Shown here piece after piece: positions 31,064-40,684 of a DNA stretch of 64,000 bases. The stretch spans positions 5,342-69,341 of the forward strand of contig CAUVLR010000001.1 of NCBI GenBank assembly GCA_963553085.1, in the 5' to 3' direction. The position numbers and the translations under genes were made by a program. The first letter of the stretch is position 1; every line of letters begins with the position of its first letter. The notes under the pieces are model-generated. The model searched no databases. It was given only the letters and a program-made list of their open reading frames with translations, and was not told the DNA's origin. Source of the DNA: an uncultured Candidatus Saccharibacteria bacterium (GTDB lineage Bacteria > Patescibacteriota > Saccharimonadia > Saccharimonadales > Saccharimonadaceae).

Positions 31064-33613
31064 CTACAGCTGACTCCAATCATGACCAATCTTCGTCTCG
31101 ACTAATAAGCGGGCACCCAGCTCGGGGTAGATCTGCTCCATGATCTGCTTCATCTCACTGGCGATGCGCTCTGCCTCAGCTTCGTCACACTCGACCATGA
31201 TACTATCGTGTACCTGCATGATCTGACTAGCGCCGACAATCTCCTCCACCTTAAGCATCGCCATTTTCATCAGGTCGGCCTCCGTCCCCTGCACTGGCAG
31301 GTTGATAGCTGCTCGCTTGGTGGCTTCTCGCACCATCGTATTAGACGATCGCAGTCCCGGCACCGGGCGACGTCGGCCGAGCAAGGTCTGTACATAGCCG
31401 TCTTCCTTCGCCTGCTCGATCACCTTCGCCTGATAGTCCCGGATCGGCCGGCGAGCCTGGAAGTACTTGTCGATAAACTCTCTCGCCTCACTCAGGTTCA
31501 TGTCTGTCGCCTCGGCTAGTCCATGCGGACTCATGCCATAGAGAATACCGAAATTAATCACCTTAGCATGACGACGCTGCTCGGGCGTAACTTCAGCCGG
31601 GGTGACCCCATAGGCTTCAGCCGCCGTCATAGTGTGAACGTCATTAGTCGGGTCGTCAAAGACCCGAATCAACGCCTGATCACCCGCCAGAGCAGCCGCC
31701 AGGCGCAACTCAAACTGGGCGTAGTCGGCATTGACCAAGACCCGACCGGTCGGAGCGATAAAGGCCCGCTTAATCTCTCGCCCCTGCTCGGTTCGAGCGG
31801 GGATATTCTGCATATTTGGGTTGCTCGACGACAAGCGCCCTGTCGCCGTGATGCTCTGGCTAAAGGTCGTATGAATCCGCCCATCGGGAGCAATCAACTT
31901 CGGCAAGGTGTCGGCATAGCCGGTCTTGAGTTTAGCTAGCTCCCGATACTTAATGATTAGATCGATGACCGGGTGTGCCGACCGCAGTTTAGCTAGTTCC
32001 TTGGCCCCGGTCGGATAGCTCCCCCGCTTATTTTTGCGAGCTGTCGGCTTCAAGGCTAGCTTGGTAAATAGCGCCTCGGACAATTGAGTCGGGCTAGCTA
32101 CATTAAATTCATAGCCGACCTCCCGCCAGATAGCTTGCTCCAGTAGCGCTAAGCTATCGCCCAGCTTTTGATGCAGTCGAGTCAGCTGAGCTTGATCAGC
32201 CAGGACGCCTCGCTCCTCCATCCTAGCCAAGACCAGCTGCAAGGGGAAGTCCACCTGGCTCGCCAACTGCGCCAGCTGAGATAGCTGATTTAACTGCCGG
32301 CGAGTCTGCTGCCAGAGCTGGTAGACGACAGCCAGCCGCCTTGACTCCGACTGATCCGGCTGCTCAGCCAAGATGTCCGCCAGAGTGCGTGGCTTACTGA
32401 GCGACCCCACTAGGAAGCCGGCGTGACTAATGTCATAGTTAGCCACGAACTCAACGGGGAGATTGCGCCGGAGAAACTGGCTAGCCAGCTCCTTCAGGTC
32501 ATAAGCTACTACCGGTACCGCCGTGAGTAGCTCTGCCGCCAGCTTGTAACTAGTCTTGTAATACTGACCCGACTGATCACTGAGTAGTAGACCATCCTCA
32601 GCCGGCACCACCATGACCGTGCCAGTCAGTTTATCCGGCAAAGAAGCTGCCTGGAACTCCACTGCCGGCTCGATAGCAGTCTCTGCGCCGACCGTCTCAT
32701 CTCCCTCAGACACTTGCATGTCGGCAGGCAGTCGCCTCAGCAGTGAGGTGAATTGTAAGTCCAGCAGAAGCCGACGCAGCCTCTGCCGATCCAGCTTATT
32801 CACGTCTGCCGCTTGTAGGTCGAGGGGGATTGGCGCATCACACTGAATCTGCACCAGCTCTCTCGACATATAGGCACCAGCCTTACCATCAACCAGTTTG
32901 CGCCGGGCCGCTCCGGTAATTTCATCCAGGTGAGCGTAGACACCATCCAGGTCATGATACTTCTGCAGTAGCGCCACAGCCGTCTTTTCGCCTACCCCGG
33001 GCACACCGGGGATATTGTCACTACTATCTCCCTTAAGGCTCTTTAGATCAAGGAATTGATCTACCCGGATACCATACTTAGCCTGGAAAGCCTTAACGTC
33101 GAAGCGATCAATGCTGCTTAGCCCCTTTTTAAGAGCATAAACTTCGGTGTCATCATCGATCAGCTGAAGCATATCCAGGTCAGACGAAGCGATCACCGTA
33201 TGAATACCGGCTCGGTTAGCCTGCTTAGACAAAGTGCCGATGATATCATCTGCTTCATAGTCGTCCACCTCATAGAAAGGCCAACCCAGCGCCTCAAGTA
33301 GTTGGCGCAAGATCGGAATCTGCTGATAAAAATCCGGTGGCGCCGGGTGACGATTAGCTTTATACTCCGGGTAGATAGACCGACGACGCCGAATGTTGGT
33401 CTTAGCTTTATCCCAGGCTACCGCTACATAATCCGGTCTGAGCTGACGGACCAGCTCCAGCGCCAGCGAAGCAAAGCCGTAGACTCCGCCCGTCGGTCGT
33501 CCATCGGCAGTCGAAAGATGGGGCATGGCATAATACCCCCGGTAGAAAAGCGATTTGCCATCGATCAAGACAAAGATCTTGGGCTTGGCTTGTTTCGCCG
33601 GCTCATCCTTCAT
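31064..33613 (-). CDS. polA: DNA polymerase I
   Basis: 849 aa. 5'-3' exonuclease N-terminus and family A polymerase motifs (DYAQFELRLAA, RRHAKVINFGILYGM, QVHDSIMVE). Confidence 0.95.
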   Translation of the reverse strand: MKDEPAKQAKPKIFVLIDGKSLFYRGYYAMPHLSTADGRPTGGVYGFASLALELVRQLRPDYVAVAWDKAKTNIRRRRSIYPEYKANRHPAPPDFYQQIPILRQLLEALGWPFYEVDDYEADDIIGTLSKQANRAGIHTVIASSDLDMLQLIDDDTEVYALKKGLSSIDRFDVKAFQAKYGIRVDQFLDLKSLKGDSSDNIPGVPGVGEKTAVALLQKYHDLDGVYAHLDEITGAARRKLVDGKAGAYMSRELVQIQCDAPIPLDLQAADVNKLDRQRLRRLLLDLQFTSLLRRLPADMQVSEGDETVGAETAIEPAVEFQAASLPDKLTGTVMVVPAEDGLLLSDQSGQYYKTSYKLAAELLTAVPVVAYDLKELASQFLRRNLPVEFVANYDISHAGFLVGSLSKPRTLADILAEQPDQSESRRLAVVYQLWQQTRRQLNQLSQLAQLASQVDFPLQLVLARMEERGVLADQAQLTRLHQKLGDSLALLEQAIWREVGYEFNVASPTQLSEALFTKLALKPTARKNKRGSYPTGAKELAKLRSAHPVIDLIIKYRELAKLKTGYADTLPKLIAPDGRIHTTFSQSITATGRLSSSNPNMQNIPARTEQGREIKRAFIAPTGRVLVNADYAQFELRLAAALAGDQALIRVFDDPTNDVHTMTAAEAYGVTPAEVTPEQRRHAKVINFGILYGMSPHGLAEATDMNLSEAREFIDKYFQARRPIRDYQAKVIEQAKEDGYVQTLLGRRRPVPGLRSSNTMVREATKRAAINLPVQGTEADLMKMAMLKVEEIVGASQIMQVHDSIMVECDEAEAERIASEMKQIMEQIYPELGARLLVETKIGHDWSQL

Positions 33614-34710
33614 TAGTTCAGATAATCGTGGAGTTTCTCCGTCTCCTTATTCTTGCGTAGCCGCATCAGCGCCTTGGCTTCTATCTGACGAATCCGCTCT
33701 CTAGTCACCGCAAACTCCACACCGACTTCCTCTAGAGTGTGCTGTCGCCCGCCATCCAGCCCAAAGCGAAGCTTGATGATCTTCTGTTCCCGATCGGATA
33801 GTTGCCCTACCACCTCCATGACTTGCTCTTTCAGTAAACGATCATTAGTGGCGTCTTCCGGGCTAACCGCCGTATCATCCTCAACGAAGTTGCCCAGCTC
33901 GCTGGCATCGTCCTCATCACTACCACCGATGGTGGCATCGAGGCTCTGGATATCCTGCTTGATCTTAAAGACGTACTTGATCTTCTCCGGCGTCTCGCCC
34001 AGCGCCTCTGCCAGCTCCTCGACGGACGGCTCTCGGTTAAGCTCCTGGGTTAGCTTGCGCTGTGTCCTTAGCAGCTTATTGATCGTCTCTACCATATGGA
34101 CCGGGATCCGGATAGTCCGAGCTTGGTCGGCAATCGCCCGAGTGATCGCCTGGCGAATCCACCAAGTCGCATAGGTCGAGAACTTAAAGCCTCGGTCCGG
34201 GTCAAACTTCTCGACTGCTCTGAGCAGCCCGGTGTTACCCTCCTGGATCAGATCGAGAAAGTCCAGACCTCGCCCCGAATAACGCTTGGCGATCGAGACC
34301 ACCAGGCGCATATTAGCCTCTGCCATCTTATCCTTCGGTCGTTTCAGCCTCTTAATCTTAAAGCGCAGGCCGGTCGCTTCTTTCTGCAAGCCGGCTCGCT
34401 TCGCCGGGTCAGACTCGCTCTTTCGCTCCGCCTCGACTTCCTTAAGTCTCTGCTCTGCCTCGGCCAGCGGCTCAGCGTTCTTAACGATATCATAGGCAAT
34501 CTCCGCTTCTTCTTCCGGCGTTAGTAGTGGGATGCGCCCAATCTCTCGCAGGTAGACCCGAACGCTATCGTCAGAAATGCTGTCCAGGTCAGAGGGCTCG
34601 ATGATAGTATCGTCATCAATATCACTAGTGATATCGCCGTCGGTCGGCTCCCCTGCTTCGTCAAGATTGATATCATTTAATAATTCTTCGTCGACCGGTC
34701 TATCAGCCAC
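33613..34710 (-). CDS. rpoD: RNA polymerase sigma factor RpoD
   Basis: Regions 1.2-4 recognisable ([51 protein letters not shown]). GTG start preceded by GGAG. Confidence 0.95.
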   Translation of the reverse strand: MADRPVDEELLNDINLDEAGEPTDGDITSDIDDDTIIEPSDLDSISDDSVRVYLREIGRIPLLTPEEEAEIAYDIVKNAEPLAEAEQRLKEVEAERKSESDPAKRAGLQKEATGLRFKIKRLKRPKDKMAEANMRLVVSIAKRYSGRGLDFLDLIQEGNTGLLRAVEKFDPDRGFKFSTYATWWIRQAITRAIADQARTIRIPVHMVETINKLLRTQRKLTQELNREPSVEELAEALGETPEKIKYVFKIKQDIQSLDATIGGSDEDDASELGNFVEDDTAVSPEDATNDRLLKEQVMEVVGQLSDREQKIIKLRFGLDGGRQHTLEEVGVEFAVTRERIRQIEAKALMRLRKNKETEKLHDYLN

Positions 34711-34869
34711 TACTTCACTCCTCTCTCAATGGTTATCTTTGTTTTAGTGTTTTCGAGTTTATACACATCTATCCTGTAGGTTCGCTGACCTTTAACTTAG
34801 CCTAGATAATACCACAGATACTGACCGGTGACAAATGCAGGGAGCATTATCGTTAGAAAAATGATAAAT

Positions 34870-34915
34870 AAAATACTAGAAAAATGTAAAGTAAAATACT
34901 GGAAATTTGTAAAGT
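34870..34915 (+). promoter_or_regulatory. Two tandem 23-nt direct repeats upstream of the ATPase remnant
   Basis: AAAATACTAGAAAAATGTAAAGT / AAAATACTGGAAATTTGTAAAGT. The motif resembles the minus-strand reading of the 17744-17830 repeats (AAGTACCTTACAAAAAGTGTAG). Confidence 0.55.
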
Positions 34916-34935
34916 AGCATGCTTAAATAAGCACC

Positions 34936-35089
34936 ATGAAGCAATACATCCCCCGCATCATTGACCAAGAATGTCGTCGAGGGTAAGGGGCGACGTATTC
35001 TCTCTCGCAGTGTCATCGTCGGTTCGGGCTATGCCTATACCCGACCGGATGGGATAAATGTGATCCCACTGAGTGCACTGGGAGTATAA
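34936..35089 (+). pseudogene. Internally deleted, frameshifted remnant of an AAA/DUF4143-type ATPase gene
   Basis: MKQYIPRIIDQECRRG then a stop. In another frame, GRRILSRSVIVGSGYAYTRPDGINVIPLSALGV then a stop. From memory, these resemble the extreme N- and C-termini of that ATPase family. Confidence 0.45.
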
Positions 35090-35203
35090 GTCGGGCGGAT
35101 TCATCGCCGCCCCCCATACACCTGCATTGACCCAGACTAAGTTTTCCACTAGAATAGCCTTGTCAAATAAGGTGGTCTTAGGATCGCTAGAAACAGGAGT
35201 TAT

Positions 35204-35533
35204 ATGCCACTTATCAAATCAGCCATCAAGCAGATGAAGCAGGATCAGCGCCGTTATGCCCAAAACCTGCGCACCAAGCGGGCTATGCGCACCGCCATCA
35301 AGGCTTTCCAGAGTAGCCCCAGCTTTAGTGCTATGTGCCAGGCTCAGAGCACTATTGATACCGCTGCAAAGAAGAATGTCATCTCTAAGCAAGCTGCCGC
35401 TAGACGGATCAAGCACTTGGCTAAGCTCGCCAAAGAGTCTGGCGTCAAGATTCCGGCTAAGACGGCCGCCAAGAGTAAGCCCACCAGCAAGAAGAGTGCC
35501 GCTAAGCCGGCTAGCCGAGCTAAGAAGTCCTAG
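35204..35533 (+). CDS. rpsT: 30S ribosomal protein S20
   Basis: MPLIKSAIKQMKQDQRRYAQNLRTKRAMRTAIKAF, with a Lys/Ala-rich C-terminal tail. Confidence 0.9.
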   Translation: MPLIKSAIKQMKQDQRRYAQNLRTKRAMRTAIKAFQSSPSFSAMCQAQSTIDTAAKKNVISKQAAARRIKHLAKLAKESGVKIPAKTAAKSKPTSKKSAAKPASRAKKS

Positions 35534-35554
35534 CGGGACGCAAACATTCATAGC

Positions 35555-35760
35555 AGAGGCAAAGTCTGTAATTTCCCTCTATACATAGTCCTATGGCATA
35601 CGAGTAGTACAGGTGGTCTCCTCAGGCTTGGCACCGTATAAACTACCACGTGCACTGGATAGCTTACTGATATATCAACAGCCTTCGTCAACCACACTGT
35701 ACTACTCGTACCCAGGAATGTTTACTTAGATTGAGGTCCAACTATGGAATGAGACCGGGG
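35555..35760 (-). repeat. elA copy 4 (short form, opposite strand)
   Basis: The reverse complement is nearly identical to copy 1 over the termini, the arms and the variable 5' region. Confidence 0.85.
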
Positions 35761-35797
35761 AAATTACAGACATAGCTTTCCTTACAACTCAAAGGGT

Positions 35798-35898
35798 GTC
35801 TTTCGTCCTTCGTCTGCGTCAGTCATTTCCTGAAGACTGTGCACGCTTGAAGCTCAGCAGTGCACGAGCCAGCCAGGCGGGTCTGAAGGAAATGATGA
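35798..35898 (-). repeat. hpB copy 4 (opposite strand)
   Basis: The reverse complement is near-identical to 963-1063. A degenerate arm remnant follows at about 35923-35950. Confidence 0.85.
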
Positions 35899-35992
35899 CG
35901 AGACGAAGAGTGAGAGATTGGCTAGGTAGTAGAGTCGAGGAGACCATACAGCCTGCTCCGGGCTACAAAGCTTTTAGGGGCTAGCCTGTCCA

Positions 35993-36928
35993 CTATATAT
36001 TACTCAGCGTGGAGCGGATATGTAGCCAAGCTTCATCTGGTGCAGATAGCTTGACCTTACCATCCAGCTGGGCGAGCTTCTCGACAACCTCGCCTAGTCG
36101 CCGGGATAGCTGACGATCGCCTAGGCGCTCAGCCAGCTGGCGAGTCTGATTCAGTTGATAGGGGCTGAGCTTGACCTTAGCACCGGTCAAGACGCCAGCC
36201 AAGGCTAGAGCTTGTGAGGCTAGTAGCCCCAGGAAGCGATTACTATCCTCCCCCGCCGTGATCAGCCGGTCAAGTAGCTGCGCCACCTTAGCTTGATTGC
36301 CAGCTAGTCCTGCCTCTAAGATGGCAAAGGCATTAGTCTGGGGGCTGGGCTGAACATACTGCTCGACTAGCCGAACCGTTAGCTCGCTGCCTAGTAGCGC
36401 CAGCTTGTCCAGCTCCAGCTTGAGACGAGCTTGCTGATTCTCCTCGCCCACCGTTAGCTTGAGCAGTTTATCGGTAACGCCTCGCTCGACGCTTAGCCGG
36501 TGGTACTTGAGCTCTGCCTCCAGCCACGGTCGGAGTTGATAACTGCTCTTAGCCAGGTCAAACTTCTCTACCGTGGCGCCGAGGCGCCTCAGCTCTTTCA
36601 TGGTGCGAGTGATAGTGAGGTTGCGCACTTTGCTCAGAGCTTTGATATCAGTCAAGATGACGGTGGTCTGCTCGGGAATATGAGCCAGGTTCGTCTCCAG
36701 CATGGTCCAGTTGCCCGCCTGGGCGGTAACGGCTGAGACGATGACTAGCCGATAAGTGTCGAAGAGGCTAAGGGCAGTTAGCTGAGAGGCCAGGTCAGCC
36801 GGGGCTACTTCGGTGCCGTCAATGGTGGTGATAGCACCGGCGCTGTGCTCCTGAGCAAATGCTTGGCGTAGTTCTTTGACTCGCCGGTTGATCAGGTAGT
36901 CGTTGTCACCGTGGAGGAAATAGATCAT
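35993..36928 (-). CDS. holA: DNA polymerase III delta subunit
   Basis: 311 aa. MIYFLHGDNDYL N-terminus and overall HolA-like layout. Confidence 0.75.
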   Translation of the reverse strand: MIYFLHGDNDYLINRRVKELRQAFAQEHSAGAITTIDGTEVAPADLASQLTALSLFDTYRLVIVSAVTAQAGNWTMLETNLAHIPEQTTVILTDIKALSKVRNLTITRTMKELRRLGATVEKFDLAKSSYQLRPWLEAELKYHRLSVERGVTDKLLKLTVGEENQQARLKLELDKLALLGSELTVRLVEQYVQPSPQTNAFAILEAGLAGNQAKVAQLLDRLITAGEDSNRFLGLLASQALALAGVLTGAKVKLSPYQLNQTRQLAERLGDRQLSRRLGEVVEKLAQLDGKVKLSAPDEAWLHIRSTLSNI

Positions 36929-36934
36929 ACTAAT

Positions 36935-36943
36935 ATGATAGCA
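36935..36943 (-). promoter_or_regulatory. Extended -10 box TGCTATCAT, 6 nt upstream of the holA ATG
   Basis: Read directly. Confidence 0.45.
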
Positions 36944-36995
36944 TCAGAGCCAGTCGTATGGTCTCCTCAGTTCTACTGCCTAGTCAGCCCTCATT

Positions 36996-37096
36996 CTTCA
37001 TCTGCATCATCATTTCCTTCAGACCCGCCTGGCTGGCTCGTGCACTGCTGAGCTTCAAGCGTGCACAGTCTTCAGGAAATGACGATGCAGACGAAG
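36996..37096 (+). repeat. hpB copy 5
   Basis: 101 nt, preceded by an arm remnant (GTATGGTCTCCTCAG, about 36965-36981). Confidence 0.85.
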
Positions 37097-37135
37097 GACA
37101 ACATGTACCCTTAGCGTGATTAAAGGTACTATGTG

Positions 37136-37421
37136 TCTGTAATTTCCCCGGTCTCATTTCTTAGTCTAGCTTCAGTCAGAGATGAACACTCCTAGTACGA
37201 GTAGTACAGTGTGGTTGACGAAGGCTGTTGATACAGCAGTAAGCTATCCAGTGCACGTGGTAGTTTATACGGTGCCAACCTGTCCAGCACCCAGCAGATG
37301 CGTAAGTCTATTCAGGTATAATTTAAGCTCATATTACACCATAGTTCTTCTTACGCAACGCCAGCTCTATGTATCCTGCTGGGATGCTGGAGCCTGAGGA
37401 GACCACCTGTACTACTCGTAC
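37136..37421 (+). repeat. elA copy 5a (long form, nested modI at 37279-37392, 3' terminus missing)
   Basis: Conserved 5' terminus and both arms are present. The GGGGAAATTACAG end is absent. Confidence 0.8.
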
Positions 37422-37488
37422 AGGGAGCTATATATATGAAAGGAGACCACACGCCCTACTCTGAGCTACAAGACTTAATATTTATACG

Positions 37489-37806
37489 TATGTAATTTCC
37501 CTGGCCTCATTCCATGGTCTGCCGTCAATCAAGCAAAGCATTCCTAGGTACGAGTAGTACAGTGTGGTTGACGAAGGATGTTGATACAACAGCAAGGTTA
37601 CAATTGCCAGTGGTAACTTACACGTCGCCAGCCTGTCCAGCACCCAGCAGATGCGTAAGTCTATTCGTATACAATTTAAGCCTATATATGCCTCGGCTCT
37701 TCTTGTACAATACCAACTTTATGCATCCTGCTGGGATGCTGGAGCCTGAGGAGACCACCTGTACTGCTCGTGTGTCAAAGAGTTATGTGTATGGGGAAAT
37801 TACAGA
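37489..37806 (+). repeat. elA copy 5b (long form, nested modI at 37632-37744)
   Basis: Complete termini and arms, in tandem with copy 5a. Confidence 0.85.
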
Positions 37807-37845
37807 CCATGCTCTGAGCCACAAGCTTTCGTAAGTAATTATACC

Positions 37846-37904
37846 TAAGGAGACCACCTGCACTACTCGTACACTATAGAGTTATGCATGGAGGGAAATT
37901 ACGG
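37846..37904 (+). repeat. Solo elA 3' arm and terminus
   Basis: AAGGAGACCACCTGCACTACTCGTACACTATAGAGTTATGCATGGAGGGAAATTACGGA. Confidence 0.75.
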
Positions 37905-37924
37905 ATTCCGTTTATGCTCTGATG

Positions 37925-38809
37925 CTATAGTGCAAAGAAGGATTGGAGAGCGGGCTGGAGCAGCCAGCTGAGCAGGAAGACTAGATAGGTGGCTACTATC
38001 AGATAAGGGCCGAAGGGGATGGCACTGGTACGCTTGAGCCGGTGGCGCAGAAGCGCCGGCAGAGAGACCAGCGTCGCCAGCAAGTTAGCCAGGAAAAGAA
38101 TGACCAGTCCCAGCCACCACTGCGGTACCAAGAGACCGATCGCCAGCCCCAGTTTGACATCGCCCAGCCCGACTAGCTTGCCCCGAGAAGCCAGATAGAT
38201 AACGCCATAGATGCCGGCAATCGGTGCCATACCACCGGCCACCGCCATCAGCCAGCCTCCTACCCCACCACCGTGTAGCACCGGCAAGGTCACCAGTGAG
38301 TAGACCAGGCTAAGCCCGATCAGGGGAAAGACCAGGCGGTTCGGTAGCTTGCGCCAGCGCAGGTCGTAGACGAAGAGAGCGACCATCAGCACTAGGCAAG
38401 CTAGCCACAGCCCGAAAGCCAGCCAAGCTAGCCCCGGCGAAATGCACCAGAGGCTAGCGGGAGTGCAAGCAATCCCCAGGGTAATACTCGGGTCACGCCA
38501 AGCATGCTCCAGTACCGAGGGAAAGAGCGCACCGGAGAGGACGAAGCTGAGACAGGTCAGTACCTCCAGCCGAAGCGCCAGCCGCCCGATCCGCTTGTGG
38601 CAGTAGCGACAACGCCCACCCAGCCCCAGGTATGAGATGATCGGGATCATGTCGGTCGGGGCGAGGCGATGGTGGCAATGCTCGCACTCACTCCGCCCAC
38701 TCAGCCAGTTGAACCCCCGCTTCATTCGCCAAGTCAGGGCGCCGATGAACGAACCCATGATCGCCCCGAGGAGAGCTAATGAGAAGTAGTAAAAGATCAT
38801 TACTTGCAT
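37925..38809 (-). CDS. pilD: Prepilin peptidase (A24 family)
   Basis: N-terminal Cys motifs CEHCHHRL...GGRCRYCHKRI and a polytopic membrane domain. ATG at 38809 preferred; the ORF track starts at GTG 38815. Confidence 0.85.
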   Translation of the reverse strand: MQVMIFYYFSLALLGAIMGSFIGALTWRMKRGFNWLSGRSECEHCHHRLAPTDMIPIISYLGLGGRCRYCHKRIGRLALRLEVLTCLSFVLSGALFPSVLEHAWRDPSITLGIACTPASLWCISPGLAWLAFGLWLACLVLMVALFVYDLRWRKLPNRLVFPLIGLSLVYSLVTLPVLHGGGVGGWLMAVAGGMAPIAGIYGVIYLASRGKLVGLGDVKLGLAIGLLVPQWWLGLVILFLANLLATLVSLPALLRHRLKRTSAIPFGPYLIVATYLVFLLSWLLQPALQSFFAL

Positions 38810-38815
38810 AAGCAC

Positions 38816-38824
38816 ATTATAGCA
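38816..38824 (-). promoter_or_regulatory. Extended -10 box TGCTATAAT, 6 nt upstream of the ATG at 38809
   Basis: Read directly. Confidence 0.5.
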
Positions 38825-38825
38825 G

Positions 38826-38862
38826 TAAAAGAGAAAACCTCCCTACCATAAGGCAAGGAGGT
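38826..38862 (-). terminator. Rho-independent terminator after pilA
   Basis: On the minus strand: ACCTCC..(loop)..GGGAGGT followed by TTTTCTCTTTT. Confidence 0.7.
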
Positions 38863-38889
38863 ATAGCCTAGACTAATACTTAGGTAAGA

Positions 38890-39378
38890 TTAGCTGGCAT
38901 CCTGACAGTAGAACTCGTAGCCTTTGTTGTTCTCTACCGTACCAACCACAGCGGACTTCCGACCGGGCGCATTTTTAACCTGGTGAAGACCGTCGCACTG
39001 ACTTGACTTGACCACAAAGATCTGTTCCGCAGTGCTGGCATCAGGTGTGCTAGGTAAGCTACCCTGCGCTAGAATATCAATCTTCTTTATATTAGACGAC
39101 AGCGTATCTAGGTATTTACCAAGATTATCATCCTTCTTTATTCCTGAGCTTGTCTCCTCATAAGGGGTATCACTATCGTTCAACGCCGTGGTAGGGTTAT
39201 TAGAATTATAATCCGTCACCGCCTCAACTACGTTGCTGATGTCTCGCTTGCGGGCGTCATTTCGCTGGTTGCGCTGCAAGGCCGGCACTGCCAGGAAGAC
39301 CACGAGGAAGATCAAAGCACCGATAGCTAAGACCAAGGCTACCTCGATGATGGTGAAACCTTTTTCAGTTTTTTTCAT
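38890..39378 (-). CDS. pilA: Type IV major pilin
   Basis: MKKTEKGFTIIEVALVLAIGALIFLVVFLAV, a prepilin signal with G|F cleavage and Glu at position +5. Confidence 0.85.
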   Translation of the reverse strand: MKKTEKGFTIIEVALVLAIGALIFLVVFLAVPALQRNQRNDARKRDISNVVEAVTDYNSNNPTTALNDSDTPYEETSSGIKKDDNLGKYLDTLSSNIKKIDILAQGSLPSTPDASTAEQIFVVKSSQCDGLHQVKNAPGRKSAVVGTVENNKGYEFYCQDAS

Positions 39379-39469
39379 ACTGGATTGTATGTCCTTTCTT
39401 TATTAATTATTACATGTCTGATTATATACTAAGCTGGCGAAAACACAAGCGCTATCAGCGGAATATCAG

Positions 39470-40678
39470 CTAGAGAGTGGAAGTATCGGTCAAGCCGTAG
39501 ATCGGTAGTAGCACCGCCAGGACGATGAAGCCGATCATGATCGCCATCAAGATCATCAGGACAGGCTCAATCAAGGTGGAGATAGCGGCGATGGCGTTAT
39601 CGACCTCCTTGTCGTAGTAGTCAGCGATCTTCGCCAGCATGGCATCGATACCACCGGACGACTCGCCGATCTTGATCATCTGCGGCACGAAGGGCAAGAT
39701 GTACTCTCGGTTCGTCAGCGCCTCAGAGAGCGCCTTGCCGTTCTTGACCTTGTTAACCGCCTGGAGGATCTCGTCTCGGATAAGGACGTTATTGACCGCC
39801 TCTGATGAGATCTTCAGAGTCTCGATCATCGATACGCCGGAGCTCAGTAGCACCTGAGCCGTCCGAGCGAAGCGAGCCATGTACATCTTGCGTAGCAAGC
39901 TATTAAAGATCGGTGCATTGAGCTTGAAGGTATCCCAAGCCCGTCGCCCACTGCTGGTAGCCAGCCAACGCCGAGCGAAGAAGATCAGCCCGCCCAGCGC
40001 CACGATGATGATATACCAGAAAGCAGCGAAGAAATTGACGACAGCCAGCAAGATCTCGGTAGTGATCGGTAGAGCCTTGCCCAAGTCCTTGTACATGCTG
40101 GAGACCTGTGGAATCAAGGTGACTAGCATGAAGATAACCACTGCTACGATCACCGCCAGGACGATCGCCGGATAGACCATTGCCCCCCTGATCTTGCTGA
40201 TCTGGTCGTAGTCGTGCTCCTGCTGATTAGCCAAGCGAGCTAGGGCTTGGTCCAGCGTACCGGAAGTCTCACCGGCTCGTACCAGCGCCACGTAGACCTG
40301 GTTAAAGACCTTCGGGTACTTCGCCATGGCATCAGACAGAGGCATACCGCCATTGATGCTGCCGACCAGGTCGGCGACGATCACCTTGAGCATCTTGCTG
40401 TTAGTCTGGTCTTGGACGGTCGCCAACGACTGAGCCAGCGGCAAGCCGGCATTCAGCATGGTCGCCAGCTGACGAGTGAAGATGACCAGCTCTTTCGGGC
40501 TAACCCGCTTGCGCAGACCAGAAAGAAGCCCTTCCTCGCTAGCCGGGGTCATCTCTAAGGGAACTAACCCCTGCGCCATCAGCAGCTTAGCCGCCGCCGA
40601 CTCACTATTGCCCTGGACAGTACTCTTCTCGATCTTGCCAGTGGCGGTATTACGAGCTTTATATCGAAAGGTAATCAC
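39470..40678 (-). CDS. pilC: Type IV pilus platform protein (GspF family)
   Basis: 402 aa with duplicated T2SSF domains and three TM segments. Confidence 0.9.
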   Translation of the reverse strand: MITFRYKARNTATGKIEKSTVQGNSESAAAKLLMAQGLVPLEMTPASEEGLLSGLRKRVSPKELVIFTRQLATMLNAGLPLAQSLATVQDQTNSKMLKVIVADLVGSINGGMPLSDAMAKYPKVFNQVYVALVRAGETSGTLDQALARLANQQEHDYDQISKIRGAMVYPAIVLAVIVAVVIFMLVTLIPQVSSMYKDLGKALPITTEILLAVVNFFAAFWYIIIVALGGLIFFARRWLATSSGRRAWDTFKLNAPIFNSLLRKMYMARFARTAQVLLSSGVSMIETLKISSEAVNNVLIRDEILQAVNKVKNGKALSEALTNREYILPFVPQMIKIGESSGGIDAMLAKIADYYDKEVDNAIAAISTLIEPVLMILMAIMIGFIVLAVLLPIYGLTDTSTL

Positions 40679-40684
40679 CGGTCT

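Noticed and set aside
36965-37905. Possible CRISPR array, suggested by the dense repeats
   Set aside because: The repeat units are 60-320 nt, irregularly spaced, in mixed orientation and nested. There are no short constant repeats separated by unique spacers, and no cas genes are present.
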